This document shows, piece after piece, positions 24,851 through 37,951 of a DNA stretch of 56,693 nucleotides. Position 1 is the first letter of the stretch, and the number at the start of each line of letters is the position of its first letter. The DNA comes from Neoconidiobolus thromboides FSU 785 (Eukaryota > Fungi > Entomophthoromycota). Position numbers and translations under genes: made by a program. A model generated the notes under the pieces. That model saw only the letters and a program-made list of their open reading frames with translations. It searched no databases and had not been told where the DNA came from. The DNA lies in NCBI GenBank assembly GCA_025603075.1, contig MU626391.1, positions 1-56,693 on the forward strand, in the 5' to 3' direction.

Positions 24851-25816
24851 TGATTTGGAATATCTTATTAACAAATCTAATGATACACTAAATTATGAAA
24901 TTGGAATGAGATTACAGGAGTTATTAGCTAAAAGATGGAAATCCATCCAGAATATTACTGATTGATTGTTTATTAAACATAGCACTGTAACTTATATCTA
25001 TCATAATATCAAAAGAAATCCGAAACAGATTCAAAGATAGTACAGACTATTGATGTAGGAAAACACAACGAAGTTGATGAAATCAATGAAATTAGCAAAA
25101 GTGACAAAACTAATGAAATTAATGAAATTAACAAAGGTGATAAAATTGATGTAAAGGATAGGAAGCTTTAATTGTACTAGCAGATGACTTTGATTGGTTT
25201 ATAAGAAAAGTGGCGCCAGTTTTAAATCTTGACTATAATAGCGCTTTGGAAGTTTTTATTCAACATAGCTGTAGATAGAGATGCGAACATTTAGGCCACA
25301 TAATGTAAAAGAATGCACAATAACTACTAAACACAAGCATCTAGTTCAAAATTATTTTATACACTAGCTGGTTTTCTTTTATTTAATAAAGCTGCTCTTA
25401 TTTGAATTACTCATCTTAAAGTTAGTATTAAATTTTTATTAGTATAGTATAATACTTAAAAGATTGGAAATCGTAATTTAAACTGTACTTGTTATTTATA
25501 AAATAATGAATTTTCAAATTAATAGACTAAATGTTTATTCTTATTTTGAGTTATATTTTTATGCAGTATAAAATTTAAATAATTATTAAATACTAAAAAA
25601 AACCACTCATATATTAAATTATATTATTGAACGAAGTATCAATACTACTTGGTAATTGATATAATCTAATGCTTTTTTTTACATTATTATACTTGATTTT
25701 TGAGCTAAAATTTACGTTAATAAACTGTTTTTAAAACACAGTTTAAAAATAAAAACAGTTCAAGGATCTTAATGCAAATTATAGCGTTTATTTATAAACT
25801 TTATCAAATTCTGCCA

Positions 25817-28800
25817 TCACAACCTCATCAACTCTTCTACCATCCCGTGGAGTCTATCTAGCCCATATAACTTGGCCAAGCTTACCAATCCTTTATAATA
25901 ACCTCTCATTTTATCTCCCATAAACTGTACATCCTTCACCTCAATTGTACAATTGCTGCATTTTGAGGGTAAAATGGAGGTAGGCATATGATCACATTTT
26001 GGGCATTCAACGTCCTGAACTTGGAATGCAGTTATATTTTGTTGCAATTGGATGATTAGTTGCTTTTCAACAATGGCTGTAGGATAGAGTGAAGAACAAG
26101 AGGGGCAGCACAGGCCTTCAAACTTCTCATTTTGAATTTGTACCAAATCATCCGTAGCTTTATCTTTATTTAGAGGTGTTGATTCATCCACATTTTCATT
26201 GAAATAATTCATTTCATTATCCTCTTCTTCAGAATTAGATTCAAGGATTTTATCGATTTGGTGAGCTTCATTCTTATGATGGAGATTATTCTGTTGATCG
26301 ATATCATTATCTAGCCTTTGCTGCATCTTCAAATTACTCATCGCTATTAAATGCTCATAAAAATTGATCTCCCAGCTAAAATTACAATAACTGCATACTA
26401 TTTTAGGCAATCGAAGCTGGGTTTCCCTGGCTGATTTATCCTTGTACAAACTACGAAAGCCTGCTTTTGTCTGGGGATTCTTTTTTGAAAGACTAGAATT
26501 TACGGACATATTACCTTGATTTATATTCTCTGTCCAATCGTGTACCACCTGAAATTTAGTTTCTGGTGCATATGGGCTGACATCGATGGCCTCGAACAGC
26601 TCAAACTTAATATCACTAAATAAATTGCTAAGTCGATGATCCAACTCGAACACTGCGAATGTGTTTTTGATCCATTCCATTGTGATAAACTTTAAATTAT
26701 TATTCTGCGGATTTGAAAGATAGGGAGATCCTGGCAACATAGGAAATGCAAGTGCGGGATTATCGCCATCGTTATCTGATGGATTTGTACATGTGAAGTC
26801 CCCAAGAATGCCAAATAGTCGCGCTTTTAGTGAGTTTACAACCATGTTGGTTATATTCACAATTTCTTCTTCATTAACTTCTTCAATATTCTTTTCGACT
26901 CCATTGCTATTTAACTCTCTCCTAACTTGGTGTATGTCATAAATATACTTTCCAATAATGATATCGAAATATGGCCTTACTAAAGAAGGTAAATAATGAG
27001 CAATAGACCAATTCATTTCTACGTCTTTGAGCCAATACAATGCATCCTCTACATTAATAACGGGCGTTGATTCTAGTTGTTGGCTAGCTAACAAAGTAAC
27101 TGCTAAACTCTTTTCAACTCTTTGATTCTCTTCTGCTTTATAAATAATCCCTCCATAGTTTGATGGACTCATCCAGATTAGTCGATCCCAAAACAAGGTA
27201 ATTGAAAGCCCTAAATTACGAAAGAGTGGTTTTTCTAAAATAGACTGCAGCACATATTCTGCAAACGAATGCCCATTTTTGCGTGACACTTTATTAGTAC
27301 CCAAAATCAAGCGATGCGTAGTGGCATGAATAATAACTGCTCCAATAGATTTAATAAATACTAAAAGCTGAGCAAACAATTTTTTCATCAGGTAAATAAT
27401 TAGAGCATGCAACTGAACATCGTACAACTTAGAGTCCATAGTAGACAACCAGCGGTAGCAGTGATTCATCATTTGTTCATAAAATGGATTTCTGGTATGA
27501 ATTAGCTCGTCGCACCATTTCTTTATCATATTTTTGAGAGTATCAAAGATCATTGGGTTAATTGAAGTAATATCGCCAACGGTGCCATCATTTATATTGT
27601 CAAAAGCATTTTTTTCATTATTTCCATTCATTTGTTTAAACCCACGAAATATGTTATTGGACTCACTGATCCCATACATGCTCGATCCCCCTTCTAACTC
27701 ATTAATAAGATGGGAATTTAATATAGAATTGATTGCCAAATACTCTAATGAAATCTCAAAGCAGACCGAAGCATGCGCAGTTGGAAAGTTAAGGTTAGGT
27801 AATGTCATATCATTATCCACCAAGTACCTGAAATCATCAAATTCTTTACCTCCCAAATCAGGTAAATCGCTATCTGACCACCATAGCACTTGTTGGGTAC
27901 TTCTTAATTGACGTGCAAATGTTATATCTGCAGTCATTAAAGGCAAGTCCTCACTGAGATTACATAGCGGTACATTGCTAAAATTTGCCCAAGCGATTTG
28001 ATCTTTTAGCCATAAAGGTACTGAAAACAATTGGACTAGCATTGTAGTATAAACATAATTCTGCCATCCTAACGCTGGCATTTGTATCCTTTGATTCAAA
28101 CTGGAGATATTCGCAATTGGATAATCATTAAAACCCTTAACTAAATAAGACAGCTCTTTAATGTGTGGCGAGTCCAATAGCAAGATGGTAGGGCCTAATT
28201 TGTTTGCTTGATACTGTACAATAAATTTTTGAACGGCTGACCAAGCGTTCTGTGGTTTATCAAAAAAGCTGGTTTCAAAGTTTACGTTATCTGGTAATAT
28301 TAAATGCGGATTCTTATAATTATCTTTTACATAAGTTATGAATTGCGTTTGGTAAGTGCTTGTTAAATTAGGTAACTGTGAAATTGGCTTTTTTGACCCA
28401 TCAACTACAAGCACTAGTCCATTTTTCGTAGCAGGTGAAAACACTAAGATCATGTGACGTAATCCTTGAGTATAATGTAGTATTATTAGGTAATTTAGAT
28501 GTATGTTATTATTTAAATATTGTCCTTGGGTAACAGGTTCTCTATAAAACATATCCAACTCAAAGTGTTGTGGAATAATTTGTCCAATATTATCTGAAAT
28601 GGCACATATACAACCTAATTTAATCATTATATTATTGATAAGCTTAGCTTTTGATTCATAAGCGCCTTCCACATTACAATGATTGAATAATGAATTAAAT
28701 TCTGTAAAATTGTTTTGATAATAGCTTTCATTTACTTGCAATTTTTGTAAGTTCATGGATGGATAATTGCGTGGAAGTCGATGGTCAGATTTAGTAAATT

Positions 28801-31800
28801 TCATTGTACTATCATTATCTTCATTATCCATCCCATTAATGTCATTTGTTTTTACATTGAGATAAACAGTTCTTGATACTTTAAGGCTGATGGTATGCAT
28901 CTGTGAGTTGATCAAAATAAACATTTTAAAATAACCTGGCATATCCGTACCAGTAATTTGTAGTACTTGAAACGAAGCATACAGGTAAGGCCTTGTCATT
29001 TTATCATAACCAGATAATCTAATGTTATTTTTGATATCAGTTTGCTTATGGTTTGAATTCCTTTGTTTTTTGTTTTCAATACGTAATTGCCTATTTAATC
29101 TCCATTTTTTGTTTTGAAACTGAATCCATTCTGAATAATTGCCTTTTATATCAGGTCCCTTTTCTCGTTTAAGTAATTCTAGTGCTTCACCTGCCGTTGG
29201 TTCTTTTCTTTTTTTTGTAACCTTAGCAATGATATCCTTATAGATAGTTTTCCCTTGATGATATGTTCCAAAATCTTCAATATCCTTTTCATTGTTATCT
29301 TTCTTAACCAATTGAAACATATCTGTAATACGACGTTGTTGGAAACGATCATTGGTCATAGAGATTCTTTTAGATAACCAATCAGGATGTGGTACACGAG
29401 GTACAGGGTTGGGGACCTTTTGCATAGCAGCTGGAATGGTGATAATCTTCTGAATAACAGAACCAAATCTTTCAATATAATACTCCCAATCTAAAATGTC
29501 TCTCAAATCAATGTGTTCCAAGGAAGGCTCTCTAAGCCACTTCCTTAAGAAATGAAATTTTACTGCTTCGTTTGTTTCAAAAAAGATAGCAGTTGGTATG
29601 GCTCTTTCGGATACTGGAATGCCAACCGGGAACTTAGACACAATAAATTGACATGCTAATCCTTTATCTTTAACCATCTCATCCCCTAAAAATTCAGCTA
29701 ATCGCTTAGCAGTTGATATAGATGTTGATTTTTGTTCACCATAATCTGACAATGACCGACTCATGGATCTATTTTCGGCAATAAGCTCAAATAGCTCTGA
29801 ATCCTGTAAACTTCCACCTTTAGAAAATAATATATTCAACCAATTATTGGCTACTTTAGCTACAGCCTCATAACACTCTTTGAGGTTATCACCCTTTAAA
29901 AATTCAGCAAAAATCTGAGATTGAAAGATTTTAACCAGTTTAAGCTCACCTCTACGCTTAATCTCAAATCCCTTTAATTCTGCCAAACTACCATCCTTAT
30001 TAAACACTGCATATCTTTTTTTTAATAATTTATCTGCTTCCTTAGATGCTGGTAAAATCATAGCACGGTATGGACCATCCACTTCAAAAAAGATACTATT
30101 TTCTGATCTTAAAGAATATTGATTGGTCACAGAATCAAGCTCATGGTATTGATCATTAGTGAATTTATCATGTACTAAGTGGTTCAACATAGTACATGGG
30201 TATGATAGCTTAAAACTCTTTCCGTTTTTGAGTTTAAAGGCAAAGGTTTCTGGGAACGAAGAGGGTAAGATGCACCAGATACCATCCGTATCCAACTCTA
30301 AAGGTCTACCTATCTGATCCACCAACTGTCTAGCCATCTGTATAATCTTAGCTCCAGTCAAACAAACAATACCACCCATTTCCATGGAATACCACCTTGA
30401 TCCTTTTCTCATTACATAACCATAAAAAGAATTTAAAATACATTTATGCGCTAATTGTAGCGAATCATACACGATCACCAATTTTTGAGCATTCTCCATT
30501 TCAGCTATTCGCCCTTCATTTTTTGCTTTTTCCACTTCAGATTTCCATTTCTTATGCAATCCTTTATACTCGTACCTCCGATCCCTAAAGTTTCTCACTG
30601 TATCAATATAAAATGGATTTTCTTTTTGGCATACTGTTGAAGTGCGTTCAATAACTTTACTAATTTTTGTTTTTTTATATACTTTACTTGAATATGCTTT
30701 CAGCCTTTGCTTAATCATTTCACTCTGTTCTGAAGGACTCAGCATATCAAAAGTCCTATGTTTTGTATCCCCTTTTTTTCCGGGAAAACTTTCAATTCCC
30801 AGCTGATTACGTATCATATTTAGTTCACTTTGATTCGCTGGATAGTACTCCCCACGCCATGACCAAGTCATTTTACGATCACACACTTTATCAGGAACAT
30901 TAAAATTGCATGAGGCACATGTAGCTTCATCTACCATGGCATCCGGTTGCAATCGATTGGTTAAAATAATATTGGGATACATAGCACCTACATCCAAATG
31001 ATAGATTAATGGAGTGACATAGATAGGTTTATCACTTTTGAGCGCCAACAACTTATCCTTGATAGTCTGGTATACTTCTTCATAATTATCTACGTCTTCT
31101 AATTTAATACTACTTTCCACAGTTAATGAAAACTTTAAAGCATTGTCCAATTGATTAATTAAGGTATCTATACCTTTACTTTGTATATTAAAACGTTCTG
31201 GTATATCACTGCGAAATACTCCGGCTTCCAGTGCTTCTACATGGCCACCAACATATGTCTCTGATTCTATTAAATGACCATTAAATAATTTTCCTTGGCT
31301 TTCATTGTGTTTATTGGGCATTAAAACATTGGCATTATATGCTTCTACCATTAATAGGTACTCACAAAGAGTACCTGAACCTTTCCTCAGCACATCATCT
31401 GCCATTGTAGGAATAATATTACACAGTGAAAAAATAAAAGGGTGTACATACTTCATATATAAATAATATGTGGCTACTGCATCGGACACTGAATACCTAG
31501 CCAATGTTTCAGGCTCTTCCCTAGCGGCACGTACCATATCTTCTGGATCAAACTCTAGAGGTTGATAAGCTAGCTTAGCCTTAGCGACTGCTTTTAAACC
31601 ATGAGAACCAGCTGGTAGATAACTGTCTCTCTTTACCCAAGATAAGCAATCCATATGGATACAATAACTTGATTTATACTCATCGTTCTCATCTTTCTTA
31701 AAACCAATCTGAGAGTACATATCCAATCCATGATACTGTGCTCTCTTATCCACGAATGGCCAATCAAAAAAATCTCCGTTATAAGTGGCAATCACGGTGG

Positions 31801-33066
31801 GTTTTAATTGTTTTATATGTTCAAAGAAGCGAATTAACAAGGACTTTTCATCTTTCTCATTAAAAATTTTAAATGCACCTTCCAAACCTTCCTTTGGATT
31901 GTACTCAAAATCGATAATATCTTTGGTAATAACATCACGATTAGTGATTAAATAACCTTCGCCATCCACCATATATGAAATCATCATTACTGTATCAAAT
32001 GAAGGATCTGGAAACTTTAATGATTGTTTTGTAGTCTCAATATCAAATGCTAACACTACTGGATCTGCACGATTCACTTTATCGGCTCGACGTGTTAAAA
32101 TCACCCCATTGTCAGCGTCTTTATATAAACGTACATCATACCATAAACCTACTCTTAAATCTATTATAGTTAATAAAACATATCCTAAAATTAATTTAAT
32201 GAATTTACTATTGTCAATAGCTACACGACATAAATAAGGTACATCATATTCTCTTATACCGATAATATTTTTTAACGCAGAATTTGCCAACTCAATGCCT
32301 CCCTGTTGTTTCTTTTGGTTAAAGTTAGGGTCTTTCATTGAAAATGGGTTTGAAGAAAACACTTCATTGACTTCCATACCAGCCTCATTGGTTTGGGCAA
32401 TCGGCAGTATAGTTTTTCTTACTGTAAGTAAATCTGATACATTCATAAAAGATAATTTTAATAGTTCTCTTTTGTTGCCAGAGAGATGGTTTTGCTAGCA
32501 TGAAAAATAAAACCTTAATTGAACTCTTTAAAAATAGTAACTTTCAACTTACCAAAGCCAAATCTTCCTTTACAATCAATTCTATACTATCTATTAAGCT
32601 TGGGTACTGTCTCAATAAATAATCTTGTACCTCTCGATGTGTTTTATCCTATAATTTATCAATATCATAAACATAAAAACCATTCTTTCAATTACCTTAC
32701 ACAGCACCAAAAAATACGGTTTATAAAAATAGGTCAACTTAAACGTATCGCCCGTTTCTAAAATAAAATAAAGGTCTACCCCAGCCCTTCCTTCTGGATG
32801 CTCAGCTTCTTGGACTAAGGCCTAATATTCATTATAAATCCTAAACTACAATCTAAATACAAAAACAAACTTACTGGCTGCATATTTACTAACCAGCCCA
32901 GTCTCATCTCTGAATCTGATACTTTATGGAAACCCATTGTTTCATCGATCATATCCGTTAAGTCCTGCCTTTTTAGCTCACTTACTTCGTTGTTGGAGTC
33001 TTTTTTAGAAGTATAACTGCTGCCTTTATCTTCCCATTTTTTATTATTTTTATATTTGAAGGCCAT
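25817..33066 (-). CDS. POL2: DNA polymerase epsilon catalytic subunit; 4 short 5' introns, then one ~6.3-kb exon
   Basis: Exonuclease motifs AFDIETTK, YNGDFFDWPF, YSVSDAVAT; polymerase motifs HLDVGAMYPNII, ELDTDG; C-terminal CysA/CysB. The true start MAFKYK is at 33066. Confidence 0.98.
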
Positions 33067-33897
33067 TATTGTATACTTTTTAGCTCTTCTTTGGTATTCT
33101 AATTAGAGCCTTCTGATAAGAACCTTCGTCTTTGTTTAAAAGATTATTTTGATCTTTATTTTATCCATTTTGCTAACTATTTGGTGTGAGAAAACACGAA
33201 ATTGTGCAGCATGATCGATGCCATTGATTGGTTGTTAGTTTTAAAAAAATTGAAGTTATCGGGATGCTATTGGATTGTTATGATGGTAAATATTTTTGCA
33301 AGAGCGCGTTTGATGGATCAAGATATTTTAGGTAGGAAATGTATAGACTTTAATTGGTTGGATAGGAAAGACTTATAGTAGTGGGAGAAGTTCAATATTA
33401 GCGATATCTATTGAGAATAGTACATTTAATATGTTGTAAATGATATCCGGAGTTGATTTGGATCAATCTATTATTTCTATAATCAGGAGATAAAATCTGA
33501 TAATGTTTTAAGCAATAAAGTATTAAACAATATGGCTAAAAAACCAAAATCATAAGATCATACTACATTAAAATGCTAAATGGAGATTTTAACTAATTTT
33601 TGATATAAATGAAATCAAAAACATAGTAAAAAAGTGTTTTTCTTACAAATTTATCAAAATCCTTTATTTACACTAATAATAGAGTATTTAAAGCAAATCA
33701 TCCTTAAAATCAAATGTTTATAAAATGCTTGACAAATTTAACCTTAATATGCGTTTAAAATTAGATAAAAATCGTACCTTACTAGACCTTGTAAAAAGGC
33801 TTTAATATGTATCGTCAAATTTAGAAAACTCCATTTAAATCATAAAAAAAATCAAAAACCTTTAATTTAAACGTTTGGTAGATAGTCATCTTTTATT

Positions 33898-34164
33898 CTA
33901 CATTCTTCCTTGTCCACTTTGAATCTTGGTAACAATATGAATTGAAGTATCCAAGAACCTTTCTACGCAATTTCTAAGGCATCCTTCTTCAGTAGAATCT
34001 AATTTATTACCAACCTTTCTTATGCATTTATCCCAACAGAGATCGGTTAATGTATGTACACTTTGTTGTACTCTAGCCTTAGCTTGTTCGTTTTCTATGA
34101 ATTGACTCAACTCTTTTTTACTTTTATCATCTAATTGAAGGTTAGCCGTATCGATGGTATCCAT
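33898..34164 (-). CDS. TIM8: Small Tim chaperone Tim8
   Basis: MDTIDTANLQL...CWDKC...CLRNCVERFLDTS; twin CX3C motif. The ATG at 34164 is preferred over the track's upstream start. Confidence 0.92.
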   Translation of the reverse strand: MDTIDTANLQLDDKSKKELSQFIENEQAKARVQQSVHTLTDLCWDKCIRKVGNKLDSTEEGCLRNCVERFLDTSIHIVTKIQSGQGRM

Positions 34165-34425
34165 GTTTTTAAAGTAGTTTAAGCTTGGATTTGTATAAAA
34201 AAGAAAATAATTTTTCAATAACTTATACTATAAGACTTTTTGAAAAATAATGGAATTGACCAATCAAAATTTCAATTTTTGGGACCTTTTTGAGCCTTTG
34301 AAGAAAAGATTTCAAATCAAAACTTTAAACTAATTAAATGAAAATAAAGCTTTAATAATATACTTTTAAATACTAATTTATTTAACTTCATAATAAATTC
34401 TTTCAAAATATTAAAACGATAGTTT

Positions 34426-35988
34426 TTAATTTTTACTTCTTTTAGCTTTTGGAGGGCCATTGGAAGGCGACATCAAGTCATTATTTCTTTTACAAGTGGT
34501 ATCCGAAATATTTAACGTCAGCCACTTATGTTCTTTAAGTTTAGTAGCTTCTTCAAACATTTTAACTTTCCTACATACCTCTATAAACTCAATGAAATCC
34601 TTGTTTAAATGAGAAAGATCTGCATCTTTATCGTATGTAGTTTCCAATCCATCAAAGCACTGTAATAAAATAGTGATGAAGTCTTCGACCAAAGTATCTT
34701 CATTTCCTTTAGCTTGATAAAAGTCACTTAAAACAAGATGAAAAGGCTCAGTACTAAATACAGATAGCATGGATAGCTTCAAATACTTGAGTTGAATACC
34801 TTTCAAGTTCAAATACTCTATTGCATTCAATATTGAAATTGCTATCTTTTTGATATCATATTCCTCTAATGTAATATTCCTCTTCAAATACTGCCCCAAA
34901 TTACCATAATTTCCTTGCTGAAAGAGTACTCCATATTTGGCATTTTCACTTATTAAAATTGGTCTTGAAATTATATTCTTATGCCCAAACTCATTATAAA
35001 AATCATACTCTTCTATCAATCCTTTATTTAAACTTTCTTCTTTTTCGTCATCACCATCAATCGTTTTCAATACGTATTTTCTCAAATTGTATTTATTTAC
35101 TGCTAACCTTAATTTATACCCATTATCTTCTTTAGTTACTCCTTCTTCACTAACCTCATATGAATCAAAAGAGTTTTCGCTTTCAATTAATTGATCATCT
35201 TTATTCAAAAACATGAATGAGGTCCTCAGGTAGGTGGTATCTTTCCCTCTAGCTAAGATATGGATGATGTCCCCCGTTCGAATCTGATAATCTTTGTTAT
35301 TATCGACCCTTTTTCCATTCAAATAAGTTCCATTTTTACTCCCTAAATCCTTTAGCACAAAATAAGTATTTTCATTTTCATTATCAAACTTTCTTTCAAT
35401 CGAAAAGTGTAACCCTGAGATATGTGCCTCCAACAGTCGAAAGTGGCACTTATTCTTACGACCGATTATATACTCCTCTAAGTCATCCAGAAGCATCAAC
35501 TTCAATGGCGAGTTTAGACTCACCAATACACCCCATGTCTTTAAAGCTATAAAGCTCATCTTTTTATGTGCTATATTACTTGTTTCTTCACTTTCATCTA
35601 AAGCTTCATAATTTGTCAATACTGAACTTTCAGTCATTAACGTACTACTAGGTTCATTTCCAATAATCAAGCTATCTGTACGAAGCAAACGAAGTCCATT
35701 TAATAGTGGTGACATTGAGTTTTCTTTATAAGGCAAGCGATCACTGTGCGGTAAAGCAATGTAGTTTTCATTACTTAATAGTGGATCGCTGTATTGTCCG
35801 TTGAATTGGATCACTTCTTGCTCTTGAGAAAGCAGACTTACATTGGCAATTGGAAACCGATAATAGGACTGAGATAGGTTAGGTGTTGCTAGTAATGGAG
35901 TATCTTGTGAGTTAATAGATAGGGAACTAAACAACGGATTATCATTGGAATCCATAGAAATGGCTGAGTTAGGTGTTAGTTCTTCCAT
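34426..35988 (-). CDS. FHA-domain protein with a degenerate kinase fold (Chk2/Rad53/Dun1-like pseudokinase)
   Basis: FHA motifs IIGR, ISGLH, DLGSKNGTYLNG; kinase-like YVLK, EEY..GHKNII, QLKYLKLSM (in place of HRDLKPEN), SDFY. Confidence 0.8.
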   Translation of the reverse strand: MEELTPNSAISMDSNDNPLFSSLSINSQDTPLLATPNLSQSYYRFPIANVSLLSQEQEVIQFNGQYSDPLLSNENYIALPHSDRLPYKENSMSPLLNGLRLLRTDSLIIGNEPSSTLMTESSVLTNYEALDESEETSNIAHKKMSFIALKTWGVLVSLNSPLKLMLLDDLEEYIIGRKNKCHFRLLEAHISGLHFSIERKFDNENENTYFVLKDLGSKNGTYLNGKRVDNNKDYQIRTGDIIHILARGKDTTYLRTSFMFLNKDDQLIESENSFDSYEVSEEGVTKEDNGYKLRLAVNKYNLRKYVLKTIDGDDEKEESLNKGLIEEYDFYNEFGHKNIISRPILISENAKYGVLFQQGNYGNLGQYLKRNITLEEYDIKKIAISILNAIEYLNLKGIQLKYLKLSMLSVFSTEPFHLVLSDFYQAKGNEDTLVEDFITILLQCFDGLETTYDKDADLSHLNKDFIEFIEVCRKVKMFEEATKLKEHKWLTLNISDTTCKRNNDLMSPSNGPPKAKRSKN

Positions 35989-37079
35989 CGTTTTTATTTA
36001 TTAAGTTAAACGTTGCTACTTTTGCTGAAATGATTGAACTTGTATTGCTATTAATTCGGTTAAAATGATTTCTTCCAAAAAGAATAAATATTGGTAAAAT
36101 TCTAAATTTAAGTGTCATGTTGATTAAAAACAAATTGCATCCCTTAACTTTTAGAATATTTTGCAAAAATCCTATATAACATCTAGCAATAAAATTAAAC
36201 TTTGATATAATGATAAAGATAAATTGTTAGTAATTTAGAAGTTGAATTGTTTGTAGTTATTAGGGTCTTATTTTTATTGTTACTATTTATAGATCATCGA
36301 CTATTATTTACTAAATTGTTATCATTTCCCAACGAATGCTTAATATTTCGAATGTCAGTTATATTTTTAATACTTAATTTCATTTTTTAAACATTTTTCC
36401 ATTTTAAATATGGTAAAGTTAATATACAAAAAGATGACATTTTTTAAAGCTATGTTTATTCTAACTTTAATACTAAGTTAATCAAAACTTCCTAATTTTA
36501 GGTATGAACCAAGGATAACGTTAAATTATTGTGCAATGACTTTTCTTCAATGGTCCGGGACTCCTTTCCTTACAGGGATAATGAACCATATGTTACAAGA
36601 AGAAAAGCCTAATCAAAAACTATTATTGTTCAGCAATTTTGTACCAAATAGGTTAAGTGTGAACAACATTTACATACTTTTATATGAAGTTTAAAAATAA
36701 AGTAGCTTATCTATAACTCATATTCTATATGTTAATTCTGTTTTATAAATTTTTACCTAAAATAATACTTTATATTAAAAAGCAATCAAAACAAATTATT
36801 TGTAAATTACCAACATCTTAAGTAATATAAGCATATAGTTTAAACTAAAAAAATGCTATAATTGATAGATGAATATAATAAAAATAAAAGTACTATAAAT
36901 ACAAACATCTTTTCAATTTTATTTTAATAATCCTTTATTGCACACTTATAAACTATTATTATGCTACTCTATCCATCAATTCATGAGTTTAAATGAAGCA
37001 ATAATATTTATATATATTATTATTTTAAAAGTATTACATATTTCAACTTATCATATTTAAATATTTACTAATTACTAGT

Positions 37080-37837
37080 TTACTTTAACATTAAATCCTG
37101 CTTTTCTTCTTTTTCCTAAAAAAATTAACTACATCAACTAGAGACTGTTACTTTGAACTTACTTTCAATTTTAAATGAAACTTATACCAATCTGGGAGCT
37201 CATTAGGTAAATTAAGTAAATCCAAATCAAAAAGTTCAATAAAATGCTCGATAACCAGCCTCGATTTCGATTTAGCGAAATTCCTATACTATAAACAAAT
37301 TACTATATTGTCATTCCATTACCAATTTATAGTACCTCAACAACAATAGAGTTAAAATTCCAATCTTGTAACTTTCTTAAACAGCCTACAAATGCCCCAG
37401 TTTCATGAATCCCTGAACTTAATATATATAAATATACATTTTAAAAAGAGACATTTAACTTACGTGCATGTTATCAATATTGGATGTAACCTGGGTTCCA
37501 TAACCAACTCTAAACCTTCCTTAACTAAGTCCTCGCTCAATGGTTTCCAACTTAAATTAACTTTAAATGACTTTTTGTTTCCCAAATGAAACTGTAATTG
37601 TTATTAATTATTTTTAAATGATGAATACTATTAATAAACAAATACCAACTGAATCTGGTTTTCTGCCAAAAAATTGCTAACCGTTTTACTTGGTGCCTCT
37701 TCGGATAACATTATTAATGAATTGATTGTCTTATATTTTAAATAGCTAAAATGGTTTGGTTTGATATTTTCGCTACGATAAATTCCTGTCTCTACAATAC
37801 TAAACGTGTCTGGTGGATTGATTTGTGTCTTATTCAT
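37080..37837 (-). CDS. Siw14/Oca-family (Y_phosphatase2) protein, 5 exons
   Basis: PPDTFSIVETGIYRS, HPILITCTSGIHETGAFVGCLRKLQDWNFNSIVVEYRNFA, FIELFD. Confidence 0.85.
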
Positions 37838-37951
37838 TTTGTTAAAAAAATAAACGTTGCATTTTTAATTTGATTTATTTGATTGGTAATCTTAAACTGT
37901 AGATTAATAAAATCAATTCTGAACTTTTTTAAATTAAATTTTATAGTAAAT

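Noticed and set aside
25210-25220. TGGCGCC, similar to a tRNA-Lys primer-binding site
   Set aside because: Not preceded by an LTR end, and the match does not extend.
27534-32761. Plus-strand ORFs within POL2
   Set aside because: Antisense shadows of a long coding exon or intron region.
36434-36690. Signal-peptide-like MTFFKAMFILTLILS with a possible intron and downstream frame
   Set aside because: No splice model gave a convincing continuous ORF.
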